Assembly (NCBI GenBank): GCA_000993405.1
Contig: LBWB01000001.1
Coordinates: 5,229-69,228 of the forward strand
Direction of reading: 5' to 3'
DNA: 64,000 bases
Source: Candidatus Woesebacteria bacterium GW2011_GWB1_39_12
GTDB taxonomy: Bacteria > Patescibacteriota > Microgenomatia > UBA8517
The first letter of the stretch is position 1, and every line of letters starts with the position of its first letter. The translations under genes and the position numbers were made by a program. Shown in pieces: positions 30,838 through 39,609 of this stretch. The notes under the pieces are model-generated. The model saw only the letters and a program-made list of their open reading frames with translations, did no database searches and was not told the origin of the DNA.

Positions 30838-32779
30838 TTCTTACTCCCCTATGGTTTAATTCTTTAATAATTTTCTCCCTTATTTTTTCGACTTCATCAT
30901 TTTCTAAAGTTTTATTTTTGTCCTGGTACCAGATTCTAAATGTATATGAATCTTTATAAATATCTTTTAGCTCAACCTCGGCAATTTTGTCATCGACCAA
31001 TTTAATAGATAGAACTACCTCCCCTATTTTCGTCCTTTCGGGTATAACGAAAGTCAAATCCTCAATTTGAGGCGGATATTTTGGCCAAAGGTTTACAGAC
31101 GGCTTTAAATTTTTACTAAGAAGTGAATCCAGGTCTATCTCAAGATAGTAGCAGTCTTCTATTTCTCCTCCCAGCGCGACTACTTGTCCACTAGAAGTTA
31201 TGTTATACGAATTTGTGATATTTGTTATCGGTAAATCCGCTGTGGAAAATTTAAAATTCTTTAAATTCATTTTAGAAAATAGACTTTCGATATAACCCTT
31301 GAATTTAAAAAAATTTGCGTTACCTTTAGACCAGTAGATTATTCCTGCCTTTCTTAATTCGTGATATTTGTTTGTCTTTTTAAAATAAATTTTTCCAATC
31401 TCGAATAGGCGCACCTCAGTTCCTCTCTCATTAATAATTTTTTGGGTAAATTCTAATAAATTTGGTAGCATTGTCATTCTCATTTCTTCGATGTCGGGTG
31501 ACGGCCTATTAACGACTTTTACCGGAGAGCCCGAGTTTATCAAACTTTTATTTAGCTCGCGCATATCCTCTTTGACAAATGGTAAACTTATGACTTCATC
31601 GAAACCAATAGAAGTTAGATTATCTTTTAAGTCCTTTTCTTGATTGATATAAGAAAGTGTTATATCTTTGGGAACCTCCAAAGAAAGAACTCTGGAAGGA
31701 ATTTTATCGTAGCTGTCAATTCTTAAAACTTCTTCTATTAAATCCTCTTCAGATTTAACGTCGGTTCTATAATTAGGACAGGCTACTTCTAAGTCTTTTA
31801 AGTCCTCTTTAAGTATTTTGAAATCAAGTCGTTTTAAAATTTCGACAACCTTTTTTGGTTCGGTGATGCTTCCGGATAGAGAGTTCAGATAGTCAAAATT
31901 TAGACTGAGTTTCCATGGCTTGGTGACATTCGGATAGTAGTCTAAGACATTATTTTCAATTTTTCCCCATTTGTTTTCCTTAATAAGCTCCAAAAATCTG
32001 TATATTCCAAATTCAACCAAATTTGGATCGAGATTTTTTTCGTGTCTAATGCCTGCGTCGGTCAAAAGGTTGTGGCGGTGGACACTCCGGCGGATATTAG
32101 CCTGATTGTAGCTGGCACCTTCAAGAAGCACATTTTTTGTTTCGTTTGAAATTGAATGGACTTTGCCTCCGATTGCTCCCGCAATAGACAAAACTGAAGT
32201 TTGATTTGCCCAGACTAAATCATCTTCAGTCAAATTTATCGTTTCTTCCAGAAATGTGGTCATTTGCTCACCTTTTTTGGCCTGTCTGATAGTTAAATTT
32301 TTGCCAACCCTATCAAAATCAAAAGTATGCAGAGGTTGCCCGGTCTCGATCATTACGTAATTACTCAAATCGACAATGTTATTTATACTTGGGACCCCGT
32401 ATTCTTCGAGTCTTTGTTTTAGCCATAAAGGTGAGGGAGTTAGTTTAATATCACTTATGGTTGCAATCATGACTCTTCGAAGATAATTAGTGTCAGCCTT
32501 GAGCTTAATATCATTTAATTTGGGAGCCTTTGAAGCTTTATTGAAGATTTTTGGATAATTAACGGGTGTTTTAAAAATAGCTGAAACTTCCCTGGCAATC
32601 CCAAGGATGGAATAACAGTCTGCCCTATTTCCCCGTAGTTCAAGATCTATGACAATATTGTTATTAACTTTATCCAACTTATCCAACATGTGGCCCGCCA
32701 TAGTCAATTTGTCGGTAAGATCGGTTAACTTACCGGGAAGTTTGACGTACTCTTTAAGCCAATTAATCGGAATTCGCAT
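30827..32779 (-). CDS. pheT: phenylalanine--tRNA ligase beta subunit (short, lacks B2 OB domain)
   Basis: NRADCYSILGIARE, GQPLHTFD, DLIEEVLRI, LFEIGKIY. Confidence 0.95.
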   Translation of the reverse strand: MRIPINWLKEYVKLPGKLTDLTDKLTMAGHMLDKLDKVNNNIVIDLELRGNRADCYSILGIAREVSAIFKTPVNYPKIFNKASKAPKLNDIKLKADTNYLRRVMIATISDIKLTPSPLWLKQRLEEYGVPSINNIVDLSNYVMIETGQPLHTFDFDRVGKNLTIRQAKKGEQMTTFLEETINLTEDDLVWANQTSVLSIAGAIGGKVHSISNETKNVLLEGASYNQANIRRSVHRHNLLTDAGIRHEKNLDPNLVEFGIYRFLELIKENKWGKIENNVLDYYPNVTKPWKLSLNFDYLNSLSGSITEPKKVVEILKRLDFKILKEDLKDLEVACPNYRTDVKSEEDLIEEVLRIDSYDKIPSRVLSLEVPKDITLSYINQEKDLKDNLTSIGFDEVISLPFVKEDMRELNKSLINSGSPVKVVNRPSPDIEEMRMTMLPNLLEFTQKIINERGTEVRLFEIGKIYFKKTNKYHELRKAGIIYWSKGNANFFKFKGYIESLFSKMNLKNFKFSTADLPITNITNSYNITSSGQVVALGGEIEDCYYLEIDLDSLLSKNLKPSVNLWPKYPPQIEDLTFVIPERTKIGEVVLSIKLVDDKIAEVELKDIYKDSYTFRIWYQDKNKTLENDEVEKIREKIIKELNHRGVRIKN

Positions 32780-32780
32780 A

Positions 32781-33773
32781 TTAATATTTGATGTCGCCGT
32801 TATATAAACTTCTGATGTCAGAAATTTTAAATCTATCCATGACTATTCGATCCAGGCCCATTCCAAAGGCATATCCGCTTATCTTTTTTGGGTCGTAGCC
32901 GAAGCTTCTTAATATGTTTGGATGTATCATTCCGCTTCCCAGCATTTCTATCCAACCCCGACCTTTACATACAGAACACCCTTTTTTATTACAGAATAAA
33001 CAGTCAAGGTCGAGCCCTGCCCCGGGTTCTACTTCCGGATAATATTTACATCGGAAGCGTATTTCGCGCTTTTCGCCAAAAAAGCTTCTGACGAAGGAAT
33101 AAAGAGCGCCTTTCAGGTCGGCCATTGAAATACCTTTTTGAACGGCAAAACCTTGGAATTGATAAAACATTGCGTTATTTGTGGCATTAACGTTTTCGTA
33201 TCTGTAGCATTTACCCGCAACGACGACCCGGAATGGAGGCTTTAGCGTTTCTAAGGCACGGGATTCAACTGAGGACGTGTGGGTGCGCAAAACCACATCC
33301 GGTTCTTCAATGTAGAGTGCGTCCTGGAGGCTCCTTGCCGGGTGATCTTTCGGTAAATTCAGTTTCTCGAAATTATAAACATCGGATTCTATTTCCGGTC
33401 CTTCTATTATTGAAAAACCCAAGTGCTTAAATATTTCGTACATCTCATTGATGACTTGAGTTGTTGGATGCAGTTTGCCGATTTTGTACTTTTTTCCCGG
33501 AATAGTGGGATCAAACCACTCTCGCTTGACGACTTTCAATTGGTTTTTTTTGGAGGTTATGGTTTCAAAGATGGCGTTTTTACTTTCGTTAATAAGTCTT
33601 CCGACCTCTTTCTTTTCAGAATCACTTAATCCCTTAATCTCTTTAATTAACTTTGTCAGCTTTCCGTTTCTGCCAAGATATGCAATACGAAGCCCTTCCA
33701 ATTCATTAGAGTCTTTGGCCTCCATTATTTGAGCCAAGGCTTCGTTTTTTAGGTTCTGTATTTCTTCCCGCAT
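32781..33773 (-). CDS. pheS: phenylalanine--tRNA ligase alpha subunit
   Basis: HPAR, LRTHTS, YYPEVEPG, AFGMGLDR. Confidence 0.97.
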   Translation of the reverse strand: MREEIQNLKNEALAQIMEAKDSNELEGLRIAYLGRNGKLTKLIKEIKGLSDSEKKEVGRLINESKNAIFETITSKKNQLKVVKREWFDPTIPGKKYKIGKLHPTTQVINEMYEIFKHLGFSIIEGPEIESDVYNFEKLNLPKDHPARSLQDALYIEEPDVVLRTHTSSVESRALETLKPPFRVVVAGKCYRYENVNATNNAMFYQFQGFAVQKGISMADLKGALYSFVRSFFGEKREIRFRCKYYPEVEPGAGLDLDCLFCNKKGCSVCKGRGWIEMLGSGMIHPNILRSFGYDPKKISGYAFGMGLDRIVMDRFKISDIRSLYNGDIKY

Positions 33774-33777
33774 AAAT

Positions 33778-33872
33778 AAAAAAACTCTCCGGCGGAGAGT
33801 TTTCTAGTTCCTCACTGCTCCACCGTTCTATATTAGTCTAAAGCTAAATTCGGTGGAAGTGAAGATCATCAT
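33778..33872 (-). promoter_or_regulatory. pheS leader-peptide attenuator
   Basis: Leader ORF 33828-33872; antiterminator cggtggag:ctccgccg; terminator aaaactctcc-gcc-ggagagtttt + T run. Confidence 0.8.
33828..33872 (-). CDS. PheM-like leader peptide MMIFTSTEFSFRLI
   Basis: 3 Phe codons in 14; lies between rplT and pheS. Confidence 0.75.
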   Translation of the reverse strand: MMIFTSTEFSFRLI

Positions 33873-33873
33873 A

Positions 33874-34212
33874 CTATTTAATTTCGGATACGATCTTTCC
33901 GAAAGTATCGGGATCGTTGACTGCGATGTCGGCAAGAATTTTTCTATCCAGTTCGATTTTTTCTTTTTTTAGCCCTGCTATGAATTTACTATAACTTATG
34001 CCGTGTTCACGAACTGCGGCATTTAATCTTATTATCCAAAGGCTTCTCAAATCTCTTTTTCTAAGTTTTCTGCCAACATAAGCATATTGGCCGGCATGCA
34101 GGAGCGCCTCTTTGGCGGTCTTTACACGACGGCTCCTGGCATTTTTAAAGCCTTTGGCTGCCTTTAAAATTCTACGATGTCTTCGCTGTGCGATTGATTT
34201 AACTCTAGTCAT
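33874..34212 (-). CDS. rplT: 50S ribosomal protein L20
   Basis: [29 protein letters not shown]; start trimmed to ATG 34212. Confidence 0.97.
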   Translation of the reverse strand: MTRVKSIAQRRHRRILKAAKGFKNARSRRVKTAKEALLHAGQYAYVGRKLRKRDLRSLWIIRLNAAVREHGISYSKFIAGLKKEKIELDRKILADIAVNDPDTFGKIVSEIK

Positions 34213-34217
34213 AATTA

Positions 34218-34286
34218 GTGTACTGTGATTGGTGAACGGTGAACTGTGAATTTGACGCAGTACACTGACCACCGAACACTGATCAC
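34218..34286. repeat. 7-mer array and inverted copy between rpmI and rplT
   Basis: gtgtact gtgattg gtgaacg gtgaact gtgaatt ... cagtacactgaccaccgaacactgatcac. Confidence 0.75.
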
Positions 34287-34477
34287 TTCCCTAGTGCCTT
34301 CTTTATCTTTTTGGCCCAGGGATTTTTCGTTTCTACCACTCTTGATAATCTTCTTTTTCTACTGGCTGATTTCTTGACATTCAAATGCCTTCTAAATCCT
34401 TGCAAACGCAGAACCTTGCCTTTTTTGGTTATTCTAAAGCGTTTCGTAATTGATTTTCTTGTTTTTTGCTTAGGCAT
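34283..34477 (-). CDS. rpmI: 50S ribosomal protein L35
   Basis: [21 protein letters not shown]. Confidence 0.95.
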   Translation of the reverse strand: MPKQKTRKSITKRFRITKKGKVLRLQGFRRHLNVKKSASRKRRLSRVVETKNPWAKKIKKALGK

Positions 34478-34496
34478 AAGCCCTCCTTTTAGTCGG

Positions 34497-34621
34497 GAAA
34501 TCCTAAATTCAAATTTCTAAATTCGAAATAATACCAAAATTCTAATTCTTTAAACTCAAAACAATTTTTGATTTTGGTAATTTGGATTTGTTTAGAATTT
34601 TGTGCTTAGGATTTAGAATTT
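34497..34621. repeat. 7-mer array hairpin overlapping infC 3' end
   Basis: aaatcct aaattca aatttct aaattcg ... tttagaattttgtgcttaggatttagaattt. Confidence 0.75.
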
Positions 34622-35169
34622 ATGGTTGTTTCTTCCTTTTTAGGTGAACTCTTCTTAACGGGTGAAATGACCATTGCCAGGTGTCTTCCGAAAAATTTCG
34701 GATCCATGTCTATTGCAATTCTAGTTCCCAAATCATCCTTTATTCTTCTTAAAAGATCATATCCGAAATTTGTACTTCCCATCTGCTTACCCATAAAAAC
34801 TACGACTAATCTAACTTTGTTGCTTTCGTCTAAAAACACTTTTACTTTCTCCAGCCTCGTTTGGTAATCGTGATTTGCAATAAAAGGTGAAAATCTTACC
34901 TCTTTAAGCTCGCTTGATTTTGCTTTTTTCTTAAGTTTTTGCAACCTCTTTTCTTCCTGATAACGAAATTTCCCCAATTCTACGATTTTTGTAACGGGAG
35001 GTTTGGCATTTGGGGCAATTTCTACTAAATCTAAACCTTCCTCATGAGCCTTTGAAAGAGCCTCATTAATTTTAAGAATCCCAAGCTGTTTACCATCCGC
35101 ACCAATAACCCTAACCTCGGGTGCTCTTATTTGATTGTTTAATCGCCAGTTAAAAAGACCGGTTTTCAA
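34606..35169 (-). CDS. infC: translation initiation factor IF-3
   Basis: NNQIRAPEVRVIG, GLDLVEIAPNAKPPV; non-ATG (TTG) start. Confidence 0.95.
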   Translation of the reverse strand: MKTGLFNWRLNNQIRAPEVRVIGADGKQLGILKINEALSKAHEEGLDLVEIAPNAKPPVTKIVELGKFRYQEEKRLQKLKKKAKSSELKEVRFSPFIANHDYQTRLEKVKVFLDESNKVRLVVVFMGKQMGSTNFGYDLLRRIKDDLGTRIAIDMDPKFFGRHLAMVISPVKKSSPKKEETTINSKS

Positions 35170-35180
35170 TTTTGTTGAAT

Positions 35181-36263
35181 CTAGCTATATTTTACATGAA
35201 CGTACTTCTTAATCAAGTGGCTATTAATATCACCTGCAATTTGGGGTCCCTCAAAAATCATACCTGTTATTAGTTGAACCAAGTCGGCTCCACATTTTAA
35301 CTTTTCTATAGCATCGTTAGCATCAAACACTCCCCCACAGCCGATGATGGCGATATTTTTGCCAAAAGTTTTTCTTGAATGAGCTATTAATTTATTCGAA
35401 TTTTCAGAAGTTGGTTTGCCGCTGAAATTTCCTTTGAGATTGTTAACCTTCTCAATTTCAGAAGGGACGAAAAATTTATTGCCTCTATCCTTGACTAGAT
35501 TAGAAAATATATAACCACGGACGGCTTTTTTGAGGCCGATTTCAATTAGAGTGTCGGATTGTTCTGGCGTAATTTCACTTGGCATTTTAACAAATAGAGG
35601 TTTTTTTAAATTTAACTCAGTAACTGCCTTGATCAAATTAAAAAGATTTTTGGGCGTTGTAAACGATTCGGTCATAGCAGTATTGGGACAACTTATGTTT
35701 AGTTCAAAATAGCTAACGTACTCCCTATCTTTGAAAGTATTGAAAGTAAATATATAATCACTTATTGCCCGATTTATGGTGTTTATGGTTGGTAAATTGG
35801 AGCTCCCTACACTTATTCCGGTCGTATGACCATTCAGCCTTTTTTTATCAAGTCTTTGTGCAACCTTTAATGCACCTTCGGATTTGAAACCCTTATTCAC
35901 AAGAAGTGACCGAGATTTTATAAGTCTTCCAAGCCTAGGCTTATTATTCCCACCGTAAGCTTTGGCAGTCACAGTACCAACAGTATTAAATCCAAAACCA
36001 ATATGTTTCATTACGCTGGCTAAATGTCCATCGTAATCAAACCCAGCGGCCAGTCCGATTGGATTGTTAAAATTGACTCCAAGAACATTTTTGTTTAACC
36101 CCCGGTCGTTGAAAGAAAATATACTCTCCAATAACCAGTCAAAGTTTTCCGATCCCTCTCCCATTTGTGTAAAAATATCGTGTATTTTCTCTGAATCGAT
36201 AGAAAATAATATTGGCCTAAGCATGTGTTTATAAGTAAGATTCAAAACCTTGTATTTGATCAT
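35181..36263 (-). CDS. pyrD: dihydroorotate dehydrogenase, class 2-like
   Basis: NPIGLAAGFD, GTVT..GNNKPRL, ELNISCPN, SGKP, VQLITG. Confidence 0.9.
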   Translation of the reverse strand: MIKYKVLNLTYKHMLRPILFSIDSEKIHDIFTQMGEGSENFDWLLESIFSFNDRGLNKNVLGVNFNNPIGLAAGFDYDGHLASVMKHIGFGFNTVGTVTAKAYGGNNKPRLGRLIKSRSLLVNKGFKSEGALKVAQRLDKKRLNGHTTGISVGSSNLPTINTINRAISDYIFTFNTFKDREYVSYFELNISCPNTAMTESFTTPKNLFNLIKAVTELNLKKPLFVKMPSEITPEQSDTLIEIGLKKAVRGYIFSNLVKDRGNKFFVPSEIEKVNNLKGNFSGKPTSENSNKLIAHSRKTFGKNIAIIGCGGVFDANDAIEKLKCGADLVQLITGMIFEGPQIAGDINSHLIKKYVHVKYS

Positions 36264-36288
36264 AAGTTAAATTAGAATCATCTTATCA

Positions 36289-36768
36289 ATGACGAGATCA
36301 AAAATCCAGATTCGCGAGGACATTTTTGATTTTATTAAGTCAAATGGAGTTATGACTTTAGCAACACAATCTAAAGATGGTCCTTGGGTATGCACCGTAT
36401 ATTATGGAGTGGACAAGAATATGAATTTGTATATCGTTACCGATCCCCACTCAATTCATGGCAAAGATATGACCAGAAATAACAAAGTGGCATTTAATAT
36501 ATACGACTCGCACCAAAAAATTACAAAACCCAAAAAAGGAGTTCAGGGATCTGGAACAATAGAGATAGTTAAGGGAATTCTCAACGTAACTAAGGCATTA
36601 GCTCTCTGGCATAAACAAAATCCGGGTGTTGAAAAGAATATAACAATCAAGGAAGTTAAAAAAATCGCAGACACTAAGGTTTGGAAGATTATGCCCAAGT
36701 ATTTAAAGTTTTTCAATAAAAAACTTTACACTCCAGATGCGTACGGTATTTGGGAAGCTGGAAATTAA
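36289..36768 (+). CDS. pyridoxamine 5'-phosphate oxidase-like FMN-binding protein
   Basis: VMTLAT..GPW..VYY..S.HG..N.KVAF..GVQGSG. Confidence 0.8.
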   Translation: MTRSKIQIREDIFDFIKSNGVMTLATQSKDGPWVCTVYYGVDKNMNLYIVTDPHSIHGKDMTRNNKVAFNIYDSHQKITKPKKGVQGSGTIEIVKGILNVTKALALWHKQNPGVEKNITIKEVKKIADTKVWKIMPKYLKFFNKKLYTPDAYGIWEAGN

Positions 36769-37018
36769 GTTGAACCTATTCAACCCGACGGGTTGTTTGG
36801 CTTTTTCATATCACAGGCCGAATCATTGTGGTCAACCAGCACGATATTCCCCAATCCCCTTTTTCTCACCTTTGTAAATATACCAACACTACTGTTTCCT
36901 GATTATCCCCCCACAATTTACAGTTCCTACTATATTTTTAAACTGAACACATAATTGCATTCTACTTTCAACTTAGCAACTTCGTTCTCCAGTTCCTCCA
37001 CCAAATTTCTATCAAGCT

Positions 37019-38794
37019 TCAATTTATTATTTTCTCGTCGATTTCTTTTCGAATGTTTTTAATAAATTCTTCTAACTTTTGTTCGCCCTGATCTTTTCCT
37101 GATCTTACTCTAACACTTACACTTACTTTTTTCTCTTCCTTATCCCCCACAACCAGCATGTAGGAAACTTTTTCCATTTGAGCATCGCGAATTTTAGCAG
37201 GCAAAGTTGCATTTCTATCGTCTAATTCTGCTCTTATTTCTTCATTTCTTAATTTCTTTAATACCTCATTTGCATATTCAATATGCCTTTCGGCAATCGG
37301 CAAAACTTTAACCTGAACGGGTGTGAGCCAAGTTGGGAAATTTCCATTATACTTTTCGATTAAGAAGGCTAAAACTCTCTCTATACAACCAATTGAAGAA
37401 CGGTGTATCACAATAGGTTGTTCTTCTTTACCCTTTTCGTTTATATATGTTAGGTTAAACCGTTTTGGCATCACAAAGTCATATTGAACAGTAAAAGCAG
37501 TTTCTTCCTTTCCAGACACTCTTTTCATTTGTATGTCGATCTTTGGTCCATAAAATGCTGCTTCTCCTTCTACTTCAAAGTATGGTGATTTTGTTTTCTT
37601 AAGAACCGTTCGAAGTACATCTTCTGCTTCGTCCCAGGCTTTATCGTCTTTGTAGTATTTTTTATCATCTGTCCTGTCTCCAAGAGAAAGTCTGTATCTG
37701 TAATCTTTGCCCTTTTCTAAACCAAGTGTTTTGGCAATGTAGTCGATTAAGTCAAGTACTTCTTCTATAACGGAATTTGCCTGATCGACTCGTGAAATAA
37801 TGTGGGCGTCGGCTAGACAAAATAGTCTGACTCTCATCAGTCCGGAAAGCTCCCCACTTTTCTCATATCTGAATTGCGAAGCTAATTCAGCGATGCGCAT
37901 GGGAAGTTCTTTGTAACTTCTGGGTCGCGATTTATATAGCATAAAATGGTGAGGACATGTCATTGGTCGAAGGATCAATTCGTCCTCATCGACTTTCATT
38001 ACTGGATACATGGTATCTTTGTAATAGGGGTAGTGACCTGAGGTTCGGTATAAGTCCGTTTTTGCAAGATGGGGTGTAATAACGTGCTTATATCCCCTTC
38101 TAATTTCTTCATCTTGAGTAAACCTCTCGAGCTCACGTCTTATTGTGGCTCCTTTTTCAGTGAATAAAGGAAGTCCTGCGCCAACCAAATCAGAGAAAAC
38201 AAAAAGATCTAAGTCCTTACCGATTTTTCTATGATCACGCTCTTTCTCTAACTTAAGGTTATTAAGATATTCGTCAAGTTCTTTTTGAGTCGGGAAAACG
38301 GTTCCGTAGATTCGGGTTAGCATTTTATTTTTTTCACTCCCCCGCCAGTAAGCTCCGGCAACAGATAATAGCTTAAAATTTTGAAGTTTCTTGTCAGGAT
38401 GTTCAATATGACCTCCTCGACAAAGATCCCAATAGTCCCCCGATTTATAGAAAGAGACTTTCTTTTTCCCCTTTTCCGAAAATTCATCAATCATTTCGTG
38501 TTTATAAGGGTTATCGGGATACTCGTTTCTGGCCTCGTTAGCATCCAATTCGTGTTTTTCGAAACTTTTCCAAGAGGGAAGAATTTCTCTCATTTTTGCT
38601 TCAATCTTGGGAAAATCCTCTTCGGTTATTTTTACATCTCCGAAGTCAAAGTCGAAATAAAATCCGTTTTCAATAGAAGGACCGATAGCCCTTTTGGTAT
38701 TAGGCCACAATTCCATTACAGCTGCAGCCAGAAGATGAGCTGTTGAGTGTCTTAGGTTTTCCAGTTTGTTAATATCTTTCTCTTTGTCTACCAT
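37019..38794 (-). CDS. thrS: threonine--tRNA ligase
   Basis: LRHSTAHLLA, DLCRGGH, RDHRKIG, PMTCPHH, FYGPKID, IHR. Confidence 0.97.
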   Translation of the reverse strand: MVDKEKDINKLENLRHSTAHLLAAAVMELWPNTKRAIGPSIENGFYFDFDFGDVKITEEDFPKIEAKMREILPSWKSFEKHELDANEARNEYPDNPYKHEMIDEFSEKGKKKVSFYKSGDYWDLCRGGHIEHPDKKLQNFKLLSVAGAYWRGSEKNKMLTRIYGTVFPTQKELDEYLNNLKLEKERDHRKIGKDLDLFVFSDLVGAGLPLFTEKGATIRRELERFTQDEEIRRGYKHVITPHLAKTDLYRTSGHYPYYKDTMYPVMKVDEDELILRPMTCPHHFMLYKSRPRSYKELPMRIAELASQFRYEKSGELSGLMRVRLFCLADAHIISRVDQANSVIEEVLDLIDYIAKTLGLEKGKDYRYRLSLGDRTDDKKYYKDDKAWDEAEDVLRTVLKKTKSPYFEVEGEAAFYGPKIDIQMKRVSGKEETAFTVQYDFVMPKRFNLTYINEKGKEEQPIVIHRSSIGCIERVLAFLIEKYNGNFPTWLTPVQVKVLPIAERHIEYANEVLKKLRNEEIRAELDDRNATLPAKIRDAQMEKVSYMLVVGDKEEKKVSVSVRVRSGKDQGEQKLEEFIKNIRKEIDEKIIN

Positions 38795-38981
38795 CTCTTT
38801 CCTCCTCGCTACTTTTTAGTATACCTAATTTTTTCAAAATAGGTACAGTAACACCTAAGCAACTCGCTAGATTTTGTACACACACCTCTGTTCTTATCGG
38901 CTCAACAGGAAGACCGTCAAAAGTTCCAAGCTTTTCTCTATTATGTAAAGTTACATTTCGATTATTTTGATTATCTGACAT
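38769..38981 (-). CDS. hypothetical protein between Thr attenuator and thrS
   Basis: 70-aa ORF overlapping the thrS start. Confidence 0.55.
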   Translation of the reverse strand: MSDNQNNRNVTLHNREKLGTFDGLPVEPIRTEVCVQNLASCLGVTVPILKKLGILKSSEEERDGRQRERY

Positions 38982-39000
38982 ATTTAAAGTTCCATAAAAT

Positions 39001-39135
39001 AAAAAACCTCCTGTTTAGGAGGTAGAAAAAACCACAAATACCACCTCCCAAATTAGGAAGCAGTGGTTGTGGTAAAATATTTATATAACTTCATATTTGT
39101 AATCGTATTATCTGACTACAGTTTTTATTTGTCAA
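39001..39135 (-). promoter_or_regulatory. thrS promoter and Thr leader-peptide attenuator
   Basis: TTGACA-17-GATAAT; leader 39053-39094; tttgggaggt:acctcctaaa antiterminator; acctcct-aaac-aggaggt + T6 terminator. Confidence 0.88.
39053..39094 (-). CDS. Thr-rich leader peptide MKLYKYFTTTTAS
   Basis: Four consecutive Thr codons ACC ACA ACC ACT. Confidence 0.88.
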   Translation of the reverse strand: MKLYKYFTTTTAS

Positions 39136-39154
39136 CACCCGTTAATTCGCGAAT

Positions 39155-39463
39155 CTATCTTGAGATTAACGGTGTTCTTTTGAGAAGTTGGATCTGGGTT
39201 TCTTCGACAATATTTGCTATCCCGCTGCCTATTAAAGGAAGACCGCCCAAAGCACGAATTATAATTACAAGAAGTGATGAAATAATTACAAATCCGATAG
39301 TTACACCGAACGCCCAGCCGACTCCTGCAAAAAAACCTTCCTTCAAAAGCTCGTTGTAAGGAATGTAAGCGATTTTCAATTTTTTCAGAGATTCCAAGGA
39401 GATTTTGGCACTGTTAGAAGCTGTGGAATTTTCTTCATGGTATTTTTTAATCCTTTTGAACAT
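39155..39463 (-). CDS. small membrane protein (DUF5665-like)
   Basis: GFFAGVGWAFGVTIG..LPLIG..IANIV. Confidence 0.7.
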   Translation of the reverse strand: MFKRIKKYHEENSTASNSAKISLESLKKLKIAYIPYNELLKEGFFAGVGWAFGVTIGFVIISSLLVIIIRALGGLPLIGSGIANIVEETQIQLLKRTPLISR

Positions 39464-39512
39464 AAATACATATTAGCAAATTCTGGAGTGTTTTTGTATA
39501 ATAACCTTCTAG

Positions 39513-39589
39513 GGACGGTTAGCTCAGCTGGTCAGAGCGTTCGCTTGACGTGCGAAAGGTCGAGGGTTCGAGCCCCCCACCGTCCACCA
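39513..39589 (+). tRNA. tRNA-Val(GAC)
   Basis: ggacggt/accgtcc acceptor, ttcgc-ttGACgt-gcgaa, GTTCGA, CCA. Confidence 0.93.
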
Positions 39590-39609
39590 AGTCAGACTTG
39601 GTCCACTAA

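Noticed and set aside
36800-37018. Pseudogene downstream of thrS
   Set aside because: Only a short coding-like stretch (KLDRNLVEELENEVAKLK); no family recognisable
38982-39135. T-box riboswitch upstream of thrS or pheS
   Set aside because: No T-box consensus or stem I; leaders too short; leader peptides explain the structure
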